A DNA stretch of 64,000 nt from an uncultured delta proteobacterium (GTDB lineage: Bacteria; Myxococcota; Myxococcia; Myxococcales; Myxococcaceae). The DNA lies in the NCBI GenBank assembly GCA_963796055.1, contig CAWCKH010000004.1:3584001-3648000 (forward strand), written 5' to 3'. Below the pieces are notes generated by a model. It did not search any database and was not told the DNA's origin. It saw only the letters and a program-made list of their open reading frames with translations. Below, in pieces: positions 25,290-34,054 of the stretch (position 1 is the first letter of the stretch; every line of letters starts with the position of its first letter). Position numbers and translations under genes: made by a program.

Positions 25290-27265
25290 CGTTCACTCCC
25301 TGATGGCGAATGCCGCGACTGTCGCCGGCGCTTGAGGGACTCGAGCGCGTGGCGCTGGGTGTCGAAGAGCTCGGGGTCCACGTGGTGTGCCTGCAGTGAC
25401 GCGCCCAGCTTGAGGCGCAGGAAGGCGCTGGAGGTGTAGCGGGTCACCCGCTCGTAGTAGCGCTCCGTGAGCTGCCGGACCAGCTCTGCGTACGAATCCG
25501 TCAGGTGGGCGGGCACATTGAAGCCGTCGTAGTCCACCACCGCCCGGACGCGCCGGCCCAGCGGCTTGCACACCTCCTCCACCGTCTCGGCGATCCGGCG
25601 GAGGTCCTCCTCGCTCCGGAGGGTGAGCCCGGCGAAGTTGATGAACAGCACCTCGCGCCGGGGGTCGAACTCGAAGCGCGAGGCGAGCGGGCGCTCCTCG
25701 AGCATCGCCCGCAGCCCCATTGCCTCGGCGCGGAAGAGCCGGGGGTCCATGGTCCTCAGCGGCCGCTTGATCTCCGGGGTGAAGTCCATCTGACCGAGCA
25801 CCTCGTGCTCCAGGTCGATGCCCGGGGCAATCTCCTCCAGCCGAATGCCGGAATCGGTGAGCCGGAACACCGCGCGCTCGGTGACGTACATCGTCTCGTG
25901 GCCGGTCTCTCTGGCGCGCTGGCCGCTGAACGTGACCTGCTCGACGGCAGGGATGAATTTCCGGCTCCGGCCCTCCTGGAGGATGCGGAGCCGCCCGTCG
26001 CCGATCTCCAGGGTGAGGCCGCCGCAGGTGAAGGTACCGACGAACACGACCTTGCGGGCGTTCTGGCTGATGTTGATGAACCCGCCACAGCCGGCGAAGG
26101 TCGACCCGAAGCGGCTGACGTTGACGTTACCCTTGGCGTCCACCTGGGCCATGCCCAGGTAGGCCTGGTCGAGCCCGCCCCCGTCGTAGAAGTCGAACTG
26201 CTGGTTCTGGTCCACCAGAGCCTCGGTGTTCACCGCCGCGCCGAAGTTGAGCCCCGAGGCGGGCAGCCCCCCGATGACCCCGGGCTCGGCGGTCAGGGTG
26301 AGCAGGGGCAACAGGCCTTCCTCCGCCGCCACGCCGGCCACCGACTCGGGCATGCCGATGCCGAGGTTGATCAGCGTGCCGGGGACGAGCTCGGACGCCG
26401 CTCGGCGGCCGATGACCTTCCGCCCGTCCAGGTGGGGAGGGGGAAGGGTCTCCAGCGGGACGCGCAGCTCGCCGGAGAAGGCAGGGCTGTACGGCGTGGC
26501 GTAGGTCTGCGCGTGGTACTCGGCCGGGGCCACCGCCACGCAGTCCACCAGCGCGCCAGGAATCTTCACGCTCCGTGCAGGGATGGAGCCGGCCTGCGCG
26601 AGGCGCTCCACCTGGACGATGACCACCCCCCCGCTGTTCTTCGCCGCCATGGCCATCGCCAGGTTGTCGAGGGTGAGCGCCTCTCGCTCCATGCTCACGT
26701 TTCCGTGCGGGTCCGCCGTCGTACCCCGGAGGAAGACCACGTCGATGGGGAAGGTGCGGTAGAGGAGCCAGTCCTCGCCGTGGATCTGCACCAGCTCCAC
26801 CAGGTCCTCGGTGGAGCGGGAGTTCACCTTGCCGCCCCCGTTTCGCGGGTCGACGAACGTGCCGAGGCCGACGCGGGAGATCGTGCCTGGCTTGCCGGCG
26901 GCGATGTCCCGGTACAGGTGCGAGATGCAGCCCTGGGGGAAGTTGTAGGCCTCGATCTCCCCGGCGAGCGCCAGCGCGCCCACCCGCGGGATGAGGCCCC
27001 AGTGTCCGCCCACCACCCGGCGCAGTAGGCCGGGGATGGCCAGGCGATTCAGTCCCCGCGTCTTGCCGTCACCCTGACCGGCGGCGAAGACCAGGGTGAG
27101 CCCGCCCGGCCGTCCGTGGGTCTGGTAAGCGCGAGCCAGCGCATCGAGCAGCCCGTCGGGGGTGCCAATGCCCACGAACCCCGAGGTGGCGATGGTGTTG
27201 CCTGGCTGCACCAAGGCCACTGCCTCGTCGAGGCTCGCGACCTTGCTCACCGACGTGGGCGACAT
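25286..27265 (-). CDS. Family I acyl-CoA:short-chain acid CoA-transferase (YdiF/propionate CoA-transferase type) with C-terminal extra domain
   Basis: AAGQGD, TFVDPR, RGTTAD, NLGIGMPE, catalytic TAEPG, QFDFYDGGGLD, GGFINISQ; ATGA-coupled to phaC. Confidence 0.92.
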   Translation of the reverse strand: MSPTSVSKVASLDEAVALVQPGNTIATSGFVGIGTPDGLLDALARAYQTHGRPGGLTLVFAAGQGDGKTRGLNRLAIPGLLRRVVGGHWGLIPRVGALALAGEIEAYNFPQGCISHLYRDIAAGKPGTISRVGLGTFVDPRNGGGKVNSRSTEDLVELVQIHGEDWLLYRTFPIDVVFLRGTTADPHGNVSMEREALTLDNLAMAMAAKNSGGVVIVQVERLAQAGSIPARSVKIPGALVDCVAVAPAEYHAQTYATPYSPAFSGELRVPLETLPPPHLDGRKVIGRRAASELVPGTLINLGIGMPESVAGVAAEEGLLPLLTLTAEPGVIGGLPASGLNFGAAVNTEALVDQNQQFDFYDGGGLDQAYLGMAQVDAKGNVNVSRFGSTFAGCGGFINISQNARKVVFVGTFTCGGLTLEIGDGRLRILQEGRSRKFIPAVEQVTFSGQRARETGHETMYVTERAVFRLTDSGIRLEEIAPGIDLEHEVLGQMDFTPEIKRPLRTMDPRLFRAEAMGLRAMLEERPLASRFEFDPRREVLFINFAGLTLRSEEDLRRIAETVEEVCKPLGRRVRAVVDYDGFNVPAHLTDSYAELVRQLTERYYERVTRYTSSAFLRLKLGASLQAHHVDPELFDTQRHALESLKRRRQSRHSPSGSER

Positions 27266-27300
27266 CCATGACCCCCTTCCGCAACGCCCCGAGGATCGAC

Positions 27301-27350
27301 AAAAAACGGCGGGTCGACCCGGGGCGCCGATGACGCCAGGGGACCCGCCG
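27301..27350 (-). terminator. Rho-independent terminator after putative phasin gene
   Basis: CGGCGGGTC...GACCCGCCG stem followed by T6 on the minus strand. Confidence 0.65.
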
Positions 27351-27393
27351 GGGTGTCAACCGGTGCTTCCCGGCCGACCGGTTCTTCGGGGAA

Positions 27394-27666
27394 CTAGTTC
27401 TTGGGGGTGATGAGGTCGAGCGTGCGCTGGGCGTACTCATTCATCGCCTTCCGCCACTGCGCGCTGATCTGCTCGCCGGCGGTGATGGCCTCCTTGGCCA
27501 CGCGGCCGGCCTCGTCCACGGCCGACACGGCCTGGGCGACGCCCTGCTTCTCAAACTTCTCCACCTCGGACAGCGCCGCGGTGAAGCGGCTGGTGGACTC
27601 CGCCATCAGCTTGAGCCACTCACTGCCGAACTGCTGCATCTGCGTGAAAACGGTCTTCTGGTCCAT
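27394..27666 (-). CDS. Putative phasin (PHA granule-associated protein), 90 aa
   Basis: Strong GGGAGGAG RBS; amphipathic all-helical A/E/K/Q-rich sequence; lies between phaR and pct-phaC; PhaR-like boxes upstream. Confidence 0.7.
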   Translation of the reverse strand: MDQKTVFTQMQQFGSEWLKLMAESTSRFTAALSEVEKFEKQGVAQAVSAVDEAGRVAKEAITAGEQISAQWRKAMNEYAQRTLDLITPKN

Positions 27667-27700
27667 GGTCTTCTCCTCCCGAAACTCCGGGTTCCCCCCT

Positions 27701-27752
27701 CGTGTAACACCTGGCAAACGCGAGTCAAGGGTCTTTTGTTGCGGTGCAGCAA
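27701..27752 (-). promoter_or_regulatory. Putative sigma70 promoter of phasin plus PhaR-type operator
   Basis: TTGACT-16-TACACG with upstream TG; TTGTTGCGGTGCAGCAA (TGC-N3-GCA box) at 27736-27752. Confidence 0.6.
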
Positions 27753-27912
27753 AATCAGCTGGCTGTGCGGCATTCTCCGCCGCGGGCCGCTGACTTCCGC
27801 CCGGCGTGCGCCGGGTCTGTCCTGAGCCGTTCTTCCGAGACATCGTGGTCTCCTCCCGGGTGCTGGGTCACTGGTCTGTCGCACCCCAGGCCGGTGGAGT
27901 CAAGTCCCGGTA

Positions 27913-27927
27913 TGTTGCAGTGCAACA
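27913..27927. promoter_or_regulatory. Palindromic PhaR-type operator
   Basis: Perfect inverted repeat TGTTGCA-g-TGCAACA. Confidence 0.6.
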
Positions 27928-27931
27928 GAAT

Positions 27932-28426
27932 TCATTTTCGGCGCGGTGCCCGGCGCTTCAGGCTGCGGCGGAGCGCGGCCACCTCCCGGCGGAGCTCCCC
28001 GAGCTCGTCCGGGGCTCCCGGGGCTCCCGGGGCGGCTGGCTCGGGTGGACGCGGGCGCTCCGGCGACGCCAGGGCGGGGAAGGGGCGGAGACCGGCGAAG
28101 GGGTTGTAGAGGCCTCCCAGCCCGGACCTGGCCTGGAGGTACATCTCCAGTGCCCAGCTCACGTACCGGCCCAGGAAGTCGGCCAGCGGCTCGTCTCCCA
28201 TGCGGATCAGTTGCAGCAGCAACGGAACGGGGAGGAGCCGGGCGGCGTTCCGGTCCTCGAAGATGATCTGGGCCAGGGTCGGGGCGGTCAGATCCGCGCC
28301 GCTCTTGGCATCCACGACCTGCACGTCCGCCCCGGCGCGAATCCGCTCGGCGATCTCGTCGAGCCGGACGTAGCGGCTTTGCTCGGTGTCGTAGAGGCGG
28401 CGGTTGCCGTACTTCTTCACCAGCAT
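27932..28426 (-). CDS. phaR: PHA synthesis repressor
   Basis: VKKYGNRRLYDTEQSRYVRLDEI, VVDAKSGADLT, LAQIIFE; AGGAGG RBS. Confidence 0.93.
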   Translation of the reverse strand: MLVKKYGNRRLYDTEQSRYVRLDEIAERIRAGADVQVVDAKSGADLTAPTLAQIIFEDRNAARLLPVPLLLQLIRMGDEPLADFLGRYVSWALEMYLQARSGLGGLYNPFAGLRPFPALASPERPRPPEPAAPGAPGAPDELGELRREVAALRRSLKRRAPRRK

Positions 28427-28542
28427 GGGTCGCCTCCTATCAGGGACTTGGCCCTGTGCCACTTCCTGTGCAGTTGCAGCAAATGTGGGACGACGAACAA
28501 AGGCTGGACCGGCGGGCAGAGGGTCAATAGATTCTCGAATCA

Positions 28543-29757
28543 ATGTACTTCGCCCACGACCTCGGCCGGGCGTTCGCCCTCCCAATTCACACCTGGGCGT
28601 CGATGCTCCGGACGGCGTGGACCCATCCCTTCAACCCGGTCTCGGTGCTGCCCCCGGTACGGGCGATGGCCGCGGCGGCCGAGATGGTCGAGCGGGCCAC
28701 GGCCGCGTACCCCAAGCCCTCCTTCGCCCTCGACTCCACGGTCATCGACGGCCAGGAGGTCGCGGTCCGGGAGCAGCTGGTCCACGAGACGCCCTTCTGC
28801 CGGCTGCTCCACTTCGAGCGGGACGTCCCCCGCGACGACCCGAAGGTCCTCCTCGTCGCTCCGCTCTCCGGTCACCACGCCACGCTCCTCCGCGAGACGG
28901 TGCGCGAGCTGCTGCCGGACCATGACCTCTACGTCACCGACTGGGTGGACGCGCGCCTGGTGCCGCTCGGCGGCGGGAAGTTCGACCTCGCCGACTACGT
29001 CGACCTCCTCATCGCTCACTTGCGGGAGCTCGGGCCCGAGGTGCACATCCTGTCGGTCTGCCAGCCGGCGGTGCCGGTGCTGATCGCCACCGCGATGCTT
29101 GCCGAGGCGGACGACCCGGTGCAGCCGGCGAGCATGGTTCTGATCTCGGGCCCGGTGGACACCCGGGTGAACCCGTCGTCGGTGAACCAGTTCGCCCGGG
29201 TGCACTCGCTGAAGGCGCTCGAGGCGCTGGTGGTCCACCGGGTGCCGGTCGGTCACCCCGGATCAGGCCGGCGGGTGTACCCGGGAATCTTGCAGCTGTG
29301 GTCCTTCATGTCGCTCGATCCGCACCGGCACGTGGACGCCCACGTGGGCTTGTTCAAGGACCTCATGAGGGGCGAGCTCGAGTCCGCCGACAAGCGCCGC
29401 AAGTTCTACGACGAGTACTTCGCGGTGATGGACCTGCCCGCGGAGTTCTATCTGGAGACGGTGCACCACGTGTTCCACCGGCACAGCCTGCCGGAGGGGA
29501 AGATGCTGCACCGCGGGAAGCCCGTGCGTCTGGACGCGATCCGCCGGACGGCGCTGATGACGATCGAGGGTGGGGAGGACGACATCACCGCCCCGGGGCA
29601 GACGTACGCCGCCCACGGCCTGCTCGCGTCCGTCCCCGCCGGCTGGAAGGACCACCTGCTGCTGGAGGGGGCAGGGCACTACGGGACCTTCAGCGGCCGG
29701 CGGTTCCGGGAGCGCGTCGCCCCACGGATGCGGGCGTTCTTCCGCGCGAGACGCTGA
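28543..29757 (+). CDS. phaZ: Intracellular PHB depolymerase
   Basis: APLSGHHATLLR, YVTDWVDAR, catalytic VCQP, RRVYPG, FYDEYFAVMDL, IEGGEDDI, GHYG. Confidence 0.95.
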   Translation: MYFAHDLGRAFALPIHTWASMLRTAWTHPFNPVSVLPPVRAMAAAAEMVERATAAYPKPSFALDSTVIDGQEVAVREQLVHETPFCRLLHFERDVPRDDPKVLLVAPLSGHHATLLRETVRELLPDHDLYVTDWVDARLVPLGGGKFDLADYVDLLIAHLRELGPEVHILSVCQPAVPVLIATAMLAEADDPVQPASMVLISGPVDTRVNPSSVNQFARVHSLKALEALVVHRVPVGHPGSGRRVYPGILQLWSFMSLDPHRHVDAHVGLFKDLMRGELESADKRRKFYDEYFAVMDLPAEFYLETVHHVFHRHSLPEGKMLHRGKPVRLDAIRRTALMTIEGGEDDITAPGQTYAAHGLLASVPAGWKDHLLLEGAGHYGTFSGRRFRERVAPRMRAFFRARR

Positions 29758-29893
29758 GCCGCGGGGTCGGCGTCCGCCATGTCGCCGGACGTTGGTCTGC
29801 CCCTGGGCGGCGGTCGGAGAGCGCCGGCGCCCTGCCGGGCACCCCTGACTGCCTCGCGCCGGGCTCCAGTTCCCTCGTACTCTCCGGGCCGTC

Positions 29894-31174
29894 ATGAGCA
29901 CCGGACGGATCGAGGAGCTCGGGGCGGCCGCGGCCGTTGCTTTGCTGCAGCGGGGCGCGCTCACCGCCGAGGCGCTGGTGCGCGCCTGCCTGGACCGCAT
30001 CGCCCGGGACGAGCCGCAGATCCACGCCTGGGCCTGGCTCGACCCCGACCAGGCGCTCGCCGCGGCGCGCGCGGTCGATGCCGGGCCCCGCAGGCCTCCG
30101 CTCTACGGGCTCCCGGTCGGCATCAAGGACATCATCGATACCGCCGATGCACCGACCGAGTGCGGAACGCTCCTCTACCGCGGTCGCCGCCCGACGAAGG
30201 ACGCCGCCTGTGTGACCGCGCTGCGACAGGCGGGCGGCGTGGTGCTCGGGAAGACCGTCACCACCGAGCTGGCCTTCTTTGCGCCGGGGCCGACGCGCAA
30301 TCCGCGAAACCCCGCCCACACCCCGGGGGGGTCCTCCAGCGGATCCGCGGCGGCGGTGGCGGACTGCATGGTCCCTGCGGCGCTCGGGACCCAGACCGCC
30401 GGGTCGATCATCCGTCCCGCCGCCTACTGCGGGGTGGTGGGGTTCAAGCCGTCGCACGGCCTGCTCTCGCTCGAGGGCATCCACCCCTTCGCTCCGTCCC
30501 TCGACACCCTCGGCGTGTTCGTTCGCACCGTGGCCGACGTTCCGCCGCTGCTCACCGCGCTCGGGGCACCGGTCGAGGTTCGACAGCTCTCACGGCCCCC
30601 GCGGATCGGGTTGTGGCGGAGCGCCCAGTGGTCGTGCGCCACCCGGGCGATGCAGGAGCGGCTCGAGCACGTCGCCTCCGAGCTGACGCGGGCCGGAGCC
30701 GAGGTGCGCGAGGTGGGGCCGCTTCCGGACGAGCCGGTGCTGGCCGACGACCAGGCGCTGATCATGGCGGCCGAGGCGGCTCGGACCTTCGGGTCGCTGC
30801 GAAGGACCGCGGGTTCGTCCCTCAGCCCCCAGCTGACGGCCCTGCTCGACCGGGGTGTGGCCGCATCTCCCGAAGAGCTCCAGGCGGCGAAGGTCCGCGC
30901 CGGCCGGGCGTGGACCGCGGCCACTGCGCTCCTGGCCGAGCTCGATGTCTTGATGACGCCGAGCGCCCCGGGCGAGGCCCCCGAAGGACTCGCCAGCACC
31001 GGAGACCCGGTCTTCAACCGGGTGGTGACGATGCTCGGCTTCCCTTGCCTCTCCGTGCCTGCCGGCACCGGTCCGTCTGGCCTTCCGCTCGGAGTCCAGC
31101 TGGTCGGAGCGCCCCGCGCAGAGCCGGCGCTCCTCGCCGTCGCCGCCTGGGTCGAGGCGCGGCTATCCCCCTAG
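29894..31174 (+). CDS. Amidase-signature family amidase
   Basis: VGIKD, GKTVTTE, TPGGSSSGSA, GTQTAGSIIRPA. Confidence 0.93.
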   Translation: MSTGRIEELGAAAAVALLQRGALTAEALVRACLDRIARDEPQIHAWAWLDPDQALAAARAVDAGPRRPPLYGLPVGIKDIIDTADAPTECGTLLYRGRRPTKDAACVTALRQAGGVVLGKTVTTELAFFAPGPTRNPRNPAHTPGGSSSGSAAAVADCMVPAALGTQTAGSIIRPAAYCGVVGFKPSHGLLSLEGIHPFAPSLDTLGVFVRTVADVPPLLTALGAPVEVRQLSRPPRIGLWRSAQWSCATRAMQERLEHVASELTRAGAEVREVGPLPDEPVLADDQALIMAAEAARTFGSLRRTAGSSLSPQLTALLDRGVAASPEELQAAKVRAGRAWTAATALLAELDVLMTPSAPGEAPEGLASTGDPVFNRVVTMLGFPCLSVPAGTGPSGLPLGVQLVGAPRAEPALLAVAAWVEARLSP

Positions 31175-31698
31175 GGCCCGAGGTGCAGGCGGCAGAGGCG
31201 AACCGATCCGTCGTCCGGATCCGGGGCGATGCTGAACCCGAGGCGCTTCGCCAGGCGCAGCATCGGCTGGTTCACGGCGAGCACGAAACCGTCCATCGTG
31301 CGCAACCCCTGCCGCTTCGCGGCGTCGATGAGCGCGGTCATGAGCGTGGTCGCCAGTCCGACACCGGCGAAGCTGGAAGCGACGATGATCGCAAACTCGC
31401 AGCGCGTCCGATCTTCCTCGATGAAGTAGACGGCATGTCCCACGATGTCGATGCCGTCGTCCGCCGGGACCGTTGCCACGATCCCGATGCCGCCTTCGGG
31501 GAATGCTGCGATCGCCTTGCGCAATCGCTCGACGTCGAGCTCGCCGACCGAACCCATGAAGCGCATGTACCGCGCCTCCGCGCTCAGCCGGCCGAAGGCC
31601 TGCACCAGCTCTGCCTCGTCCGTCGCGTCGACGGCGCGGAGGTGGACGACCCGCCCATCGCTCAAGGAGACGTCGTAGTCCTTGAAGGTGGAGTCCAT
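31171..31698 (-). CDS. GNAT N-acetyltransferase (Pat/PatZ GNAT-domain-like)
   Basis: LSAEARYMRF, CEFAIIV, GVGLAT, VLAVNQPMLRLAKRLGF. Confidence 0.88.
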   Translation of the reverse strand: MDSTFKDYDVSLSDGRVVHLRAVDATDEAELVQAFGRLSAEARYMRFMGSVGELDVERLRKAIAAFPEGGIGIVATVPADDGIDIVGHAVYFIEEDRTRCEFAIIVASSFAGVGLATTLMTALIDAAKRQGLRTMDGFVLAVNQPMLRLAKRLGFSIAPDPDDGSVRLCRLHLGP

Positions 31699-31773
31699 AG
31701 GTCACCTGCCGGAGCAAACCTGGGGCGCCTGGCTTCTGCGCTTCCGCGCATCCCATGTTAGACGCCCCGCAGG

Positions 31774-32883
31774 ATGCCGTCCTCCGCACCGGCCCACCCG
31801 CTCGACCTCCTGGGCCTCCCGCTCGAGCAGCTGACCCGCCTCGTCGTCGACGAGCTCGGAGAGCGTCCGTTCCACGCCCGGCAGCTCTATCGGTGGATCC
31901 ACCAGCGAGGCGTCACCGACTTCGACCAGATGACCGACCTCTCCAGGGCGCTCCGGGCAAAGCTCGGTGAGCGGTGCGCGCTCGAGCCGCTCTCCAAGGA
32001 CCTGGAGCAGCGCAGCACCGACGGGACCATCAAGTACCGCTTTCGCACCCGCGACGGTCGGCTCATCGAGAGTGTCTACATGCCGGCGACCGACCGGAAG
32101 ACGCTCTGCGTCTCCACCCAGGTCGGCTGCGCGATGGCCTGCAAGTTCTGCATGACCGGCACGCTCGGCCTGCTGCGCAACCTCTCCGCGGCGGAGATCG
32201 TCGCCCAGGTCCACACGGTCAACCGCGAGGTCGCGCAGAACGAGGGCCTGGCGCTGACCCGGCCGCTCACCAACCTCGTCTTCATGGGAATGGGCGAGCC
32301 GCTGCACAACTTCGAGAACCTCAAGGACGCGCTCCACATCCTCCAGTCCGAGGACGGGCCCAACTTCTCCCACCGCCACATCACCGTCTCCACCGTGGGC
32401 CTCGTCCCGATGATCGCCCGCCTCGGCGCCGAGACCGACGTGAAGCTCGCCATCTCCCTCAACGCCACCACCGACGAGCAGCGGGACGAGCTGATGCCGG
32501 TGAACCACAAGTGGAAGATCGCGGATCTCATGGAGGCCTGCCGGCAGTTCCCGCTGCGGCAGGGGCGGCGCATCACCTTCGAGTACGTGCTGCTCCGCGG
32601 GGTGAACGACAGCGACGAGGACGCCCAGCGTCTGGTGGAGCTGCTCCGCGAGGTCCCGGCGAAGGTGAACCTCATCCCCTACAACGAGAACCCCGGCCTC
32701 GGCTTCTTCACCACCGGTGAGGAGCGGGCGGAGCGGTTCCGGGAGATCCTCGCCCGCGGCCACGTCGCCGCCTTCATCCGCGAGAACCGCGGACGCGACA
32801 TCGCCGCAGCCTGCGGGCAGCTCGCCAACCGGCAGGGCCCCGGAGCCGCAGCGCAAGAATCTCCTAGCGGCGCGACGGCCTGA
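31774..32883 (+). CDS. rlmN: 23S rRNA (A2503-C2) / tRNA methyltransferase RlmN
   Basis: CVSTQVGCAMACKFC radical SAM motif, FMGMGEP, NLIPYN, DIAAACGQL. Confidence 0.97.
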   Translation: MPSSAPAHPLDLLGLPLEQLTRLVVDELGERPFHARQLYRWIHQRGVTDFDQMTDLSRALRAKLGERCALEPLSKDLEQRSTDGTIKYRFRTRDGRLIESVYMPATDRKTLCVSTQVGCAMACKFCMTGTLGLLRNLSAAEIVAQVHTVNREVAQNEGLALTRPLTNLVFMGMGEPLHNFENLKDALHILQSEDGPNFSHRHITVSTVGLVPMIARLGAETDVKLAISLNATTDEQRDELMPVNHKWKIADLMEACRQFPLRQGRRITFEYVLLRGVNDSDEDAQRLVELLREVPAKVNLIPYNENPGLGFFTTGEERAERFREILARGHVAAFIRENRGRDIAAACGQLANRQGPGAAAQESPSGATA

Positions 32884-32903
32884 GCGCGAGACGGGGGGGC
32901 ACC

Positions 32904-33437
32904 ATGGCCCTTTCCTCGTTCCTCGACGCGCTCTCCGCCCCCGGTCCCGCCCAGGACCGTGCGACCGGCCTCCAGCTCTACGCCTTCCTCGTTGGCAGCT
33001 GGTCGCTCGACGTTCGCTATCCGCAGCCGGACGGCACCAGCCTCCGCAGCCGGGGCGAGGTGCACGCCGGCTGGGTCCTCGAGGGCCGGGCGATCCAGGA
33101 CGTGTGGATCGTCCCGGCCCGCGGGCTTCCCCGCGGCGAGCTCCCCGCCCCCTTCGAGTTCTACGGAACCACGCTCCGGATCTACGACCCGGCCCTGGAC
33201 GCCTGGCACATCCTCTGGAGCGACCCGATGCGCCAGCTCTACCGGCGCCAGCTCGGCCGGGCGGAAGGTCCGGACATCATCCAGCTCGGGAAGGACGACG
33301 CGGGCGCCCTCGTCCGGTGGTCTTTCCGCGACCGGACGCACGACGCGTTCCGCTGGTGCGGCGAGCACTCCCCGGATGGCGGGGTGACCTGGACCCTCAT
33401 GGCCGAGTTCCACGCGCGCCGTGAAAACAGGTCGTAA
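32904..33437 (+). CDS. Conserved hypothetical beta-rich protein (DUF1579-like)
   Basis: LVGSW, WVLEGRAIQDVW, YGTTLRIYDP, SPDGGVTW; good codon bias. Confidence 0.7.
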   Translation: MALSSFLDALSAPGPAQDRATGLQLYAFLVGSWSLDVRYPQPDGTSLRSRGEVHAGWVLEGRAIQDVWIVPARGLPRGELPAPFEFYGTTLRIYDPALDAWHILWSDPMRQLYRRQLGRAEGPDIIQLGKDDAGALVRWSFRDRTHDAFRWCGEHSPDGGVTWTLMAEFHARRENRS

Positions 33438-33460
33438 CTGCCCGACATCCCGAGCCGTTC

Positions 33461-33489
33461 TTGACAAGCAGGCGAGCCACGACTAATCC
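33461..33489 (+). promoter_or_regulatory. Putative sigma70 promoter of rpsP operon
   Basis: Perfect TTGACA -35, 17 nt spacer, weak TAATCC -10. Confidence 0.5.
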
Positions 33490-33516
33490 CGCGCGTTCCC
33501 CAAGACGGAGAGGATC

Positions 33517-33768
33517 ATGGCTGTCGTGCTTCGGCTCGCTCGCGCGGGCGCAAAGAAGATGCCGTACTACCACGTGGTTGCCACCGACTCGCGCAACCCG
33601 CGGGACGGCAAGTTCATCGAGGCCATCGGGGCGTACGACCCCAACCTCGAGCCCCCGAAGATCGAGTTTCAGCAGGAGCGGCTCGAGCACTGGCTCAAGG
33701 CGGGCGCGACCCCGTCGGAGACGGTGGCGGGGCTGATCAAGCGCGCCAGCAAGACCCCCAAGGCCTGA
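33517..33768 (+). CDS. rpsP: 30S ribosomal protein S16
   Basis: LRLARAGAKKMPYYHVVATDSRNPRDGKFIE. Confidence 0.98.
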   Translation: MAVVLRLARAGAKKMPYYHVVATDSRNPRDGKFIEAIGAYDPNLEPPKIEFQQERLEHWLKAGATPSETVAGLIKRASKTPKA

Positions 33769-33772
33769 GGCC

Positions 33773-34054
33773 GTGGAGGAGCTGTTGATGTCCCTGGCCC
33801 GGGGACTGGTGGACCGCCCGGACCAGGTCGAGCTGCGGAGCCAGCCGGCAGACGGCGGCACCCTGTTCGAGCTGAAGGTTGCCCCCGAGGACGTGGGGAA
33901 GGTCATCGGCCGCGATGGCCGCACCGTGAACGCCATCCGGACCTTGCTCTCCGTCGCCGCCCAGCGGCGCGGGGTGAAGGCGCGGCTGGAGGTGCTGGAT
34001 GATCGCCGGCCCGCCACCTCGCCTCCGCCCCCCGAGCCTCCACCGGCCGGATGA
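33773..34054 (+). CDS. khpA: KH-domain RNA-binding protein KhpA
   Basis: DVGKVIGRDGRTVNAIRT; canonical position between rpsP and rimM. Confidence 0.92.
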   Translation: MEELLMSLARGLVDRPDQVELRSQPADGGTLFELKVAPEDVGKVIGRDGRTVNAIRTLLSVAAQRRGVKARLEVLDDRRPATSPPPPEPPPAG

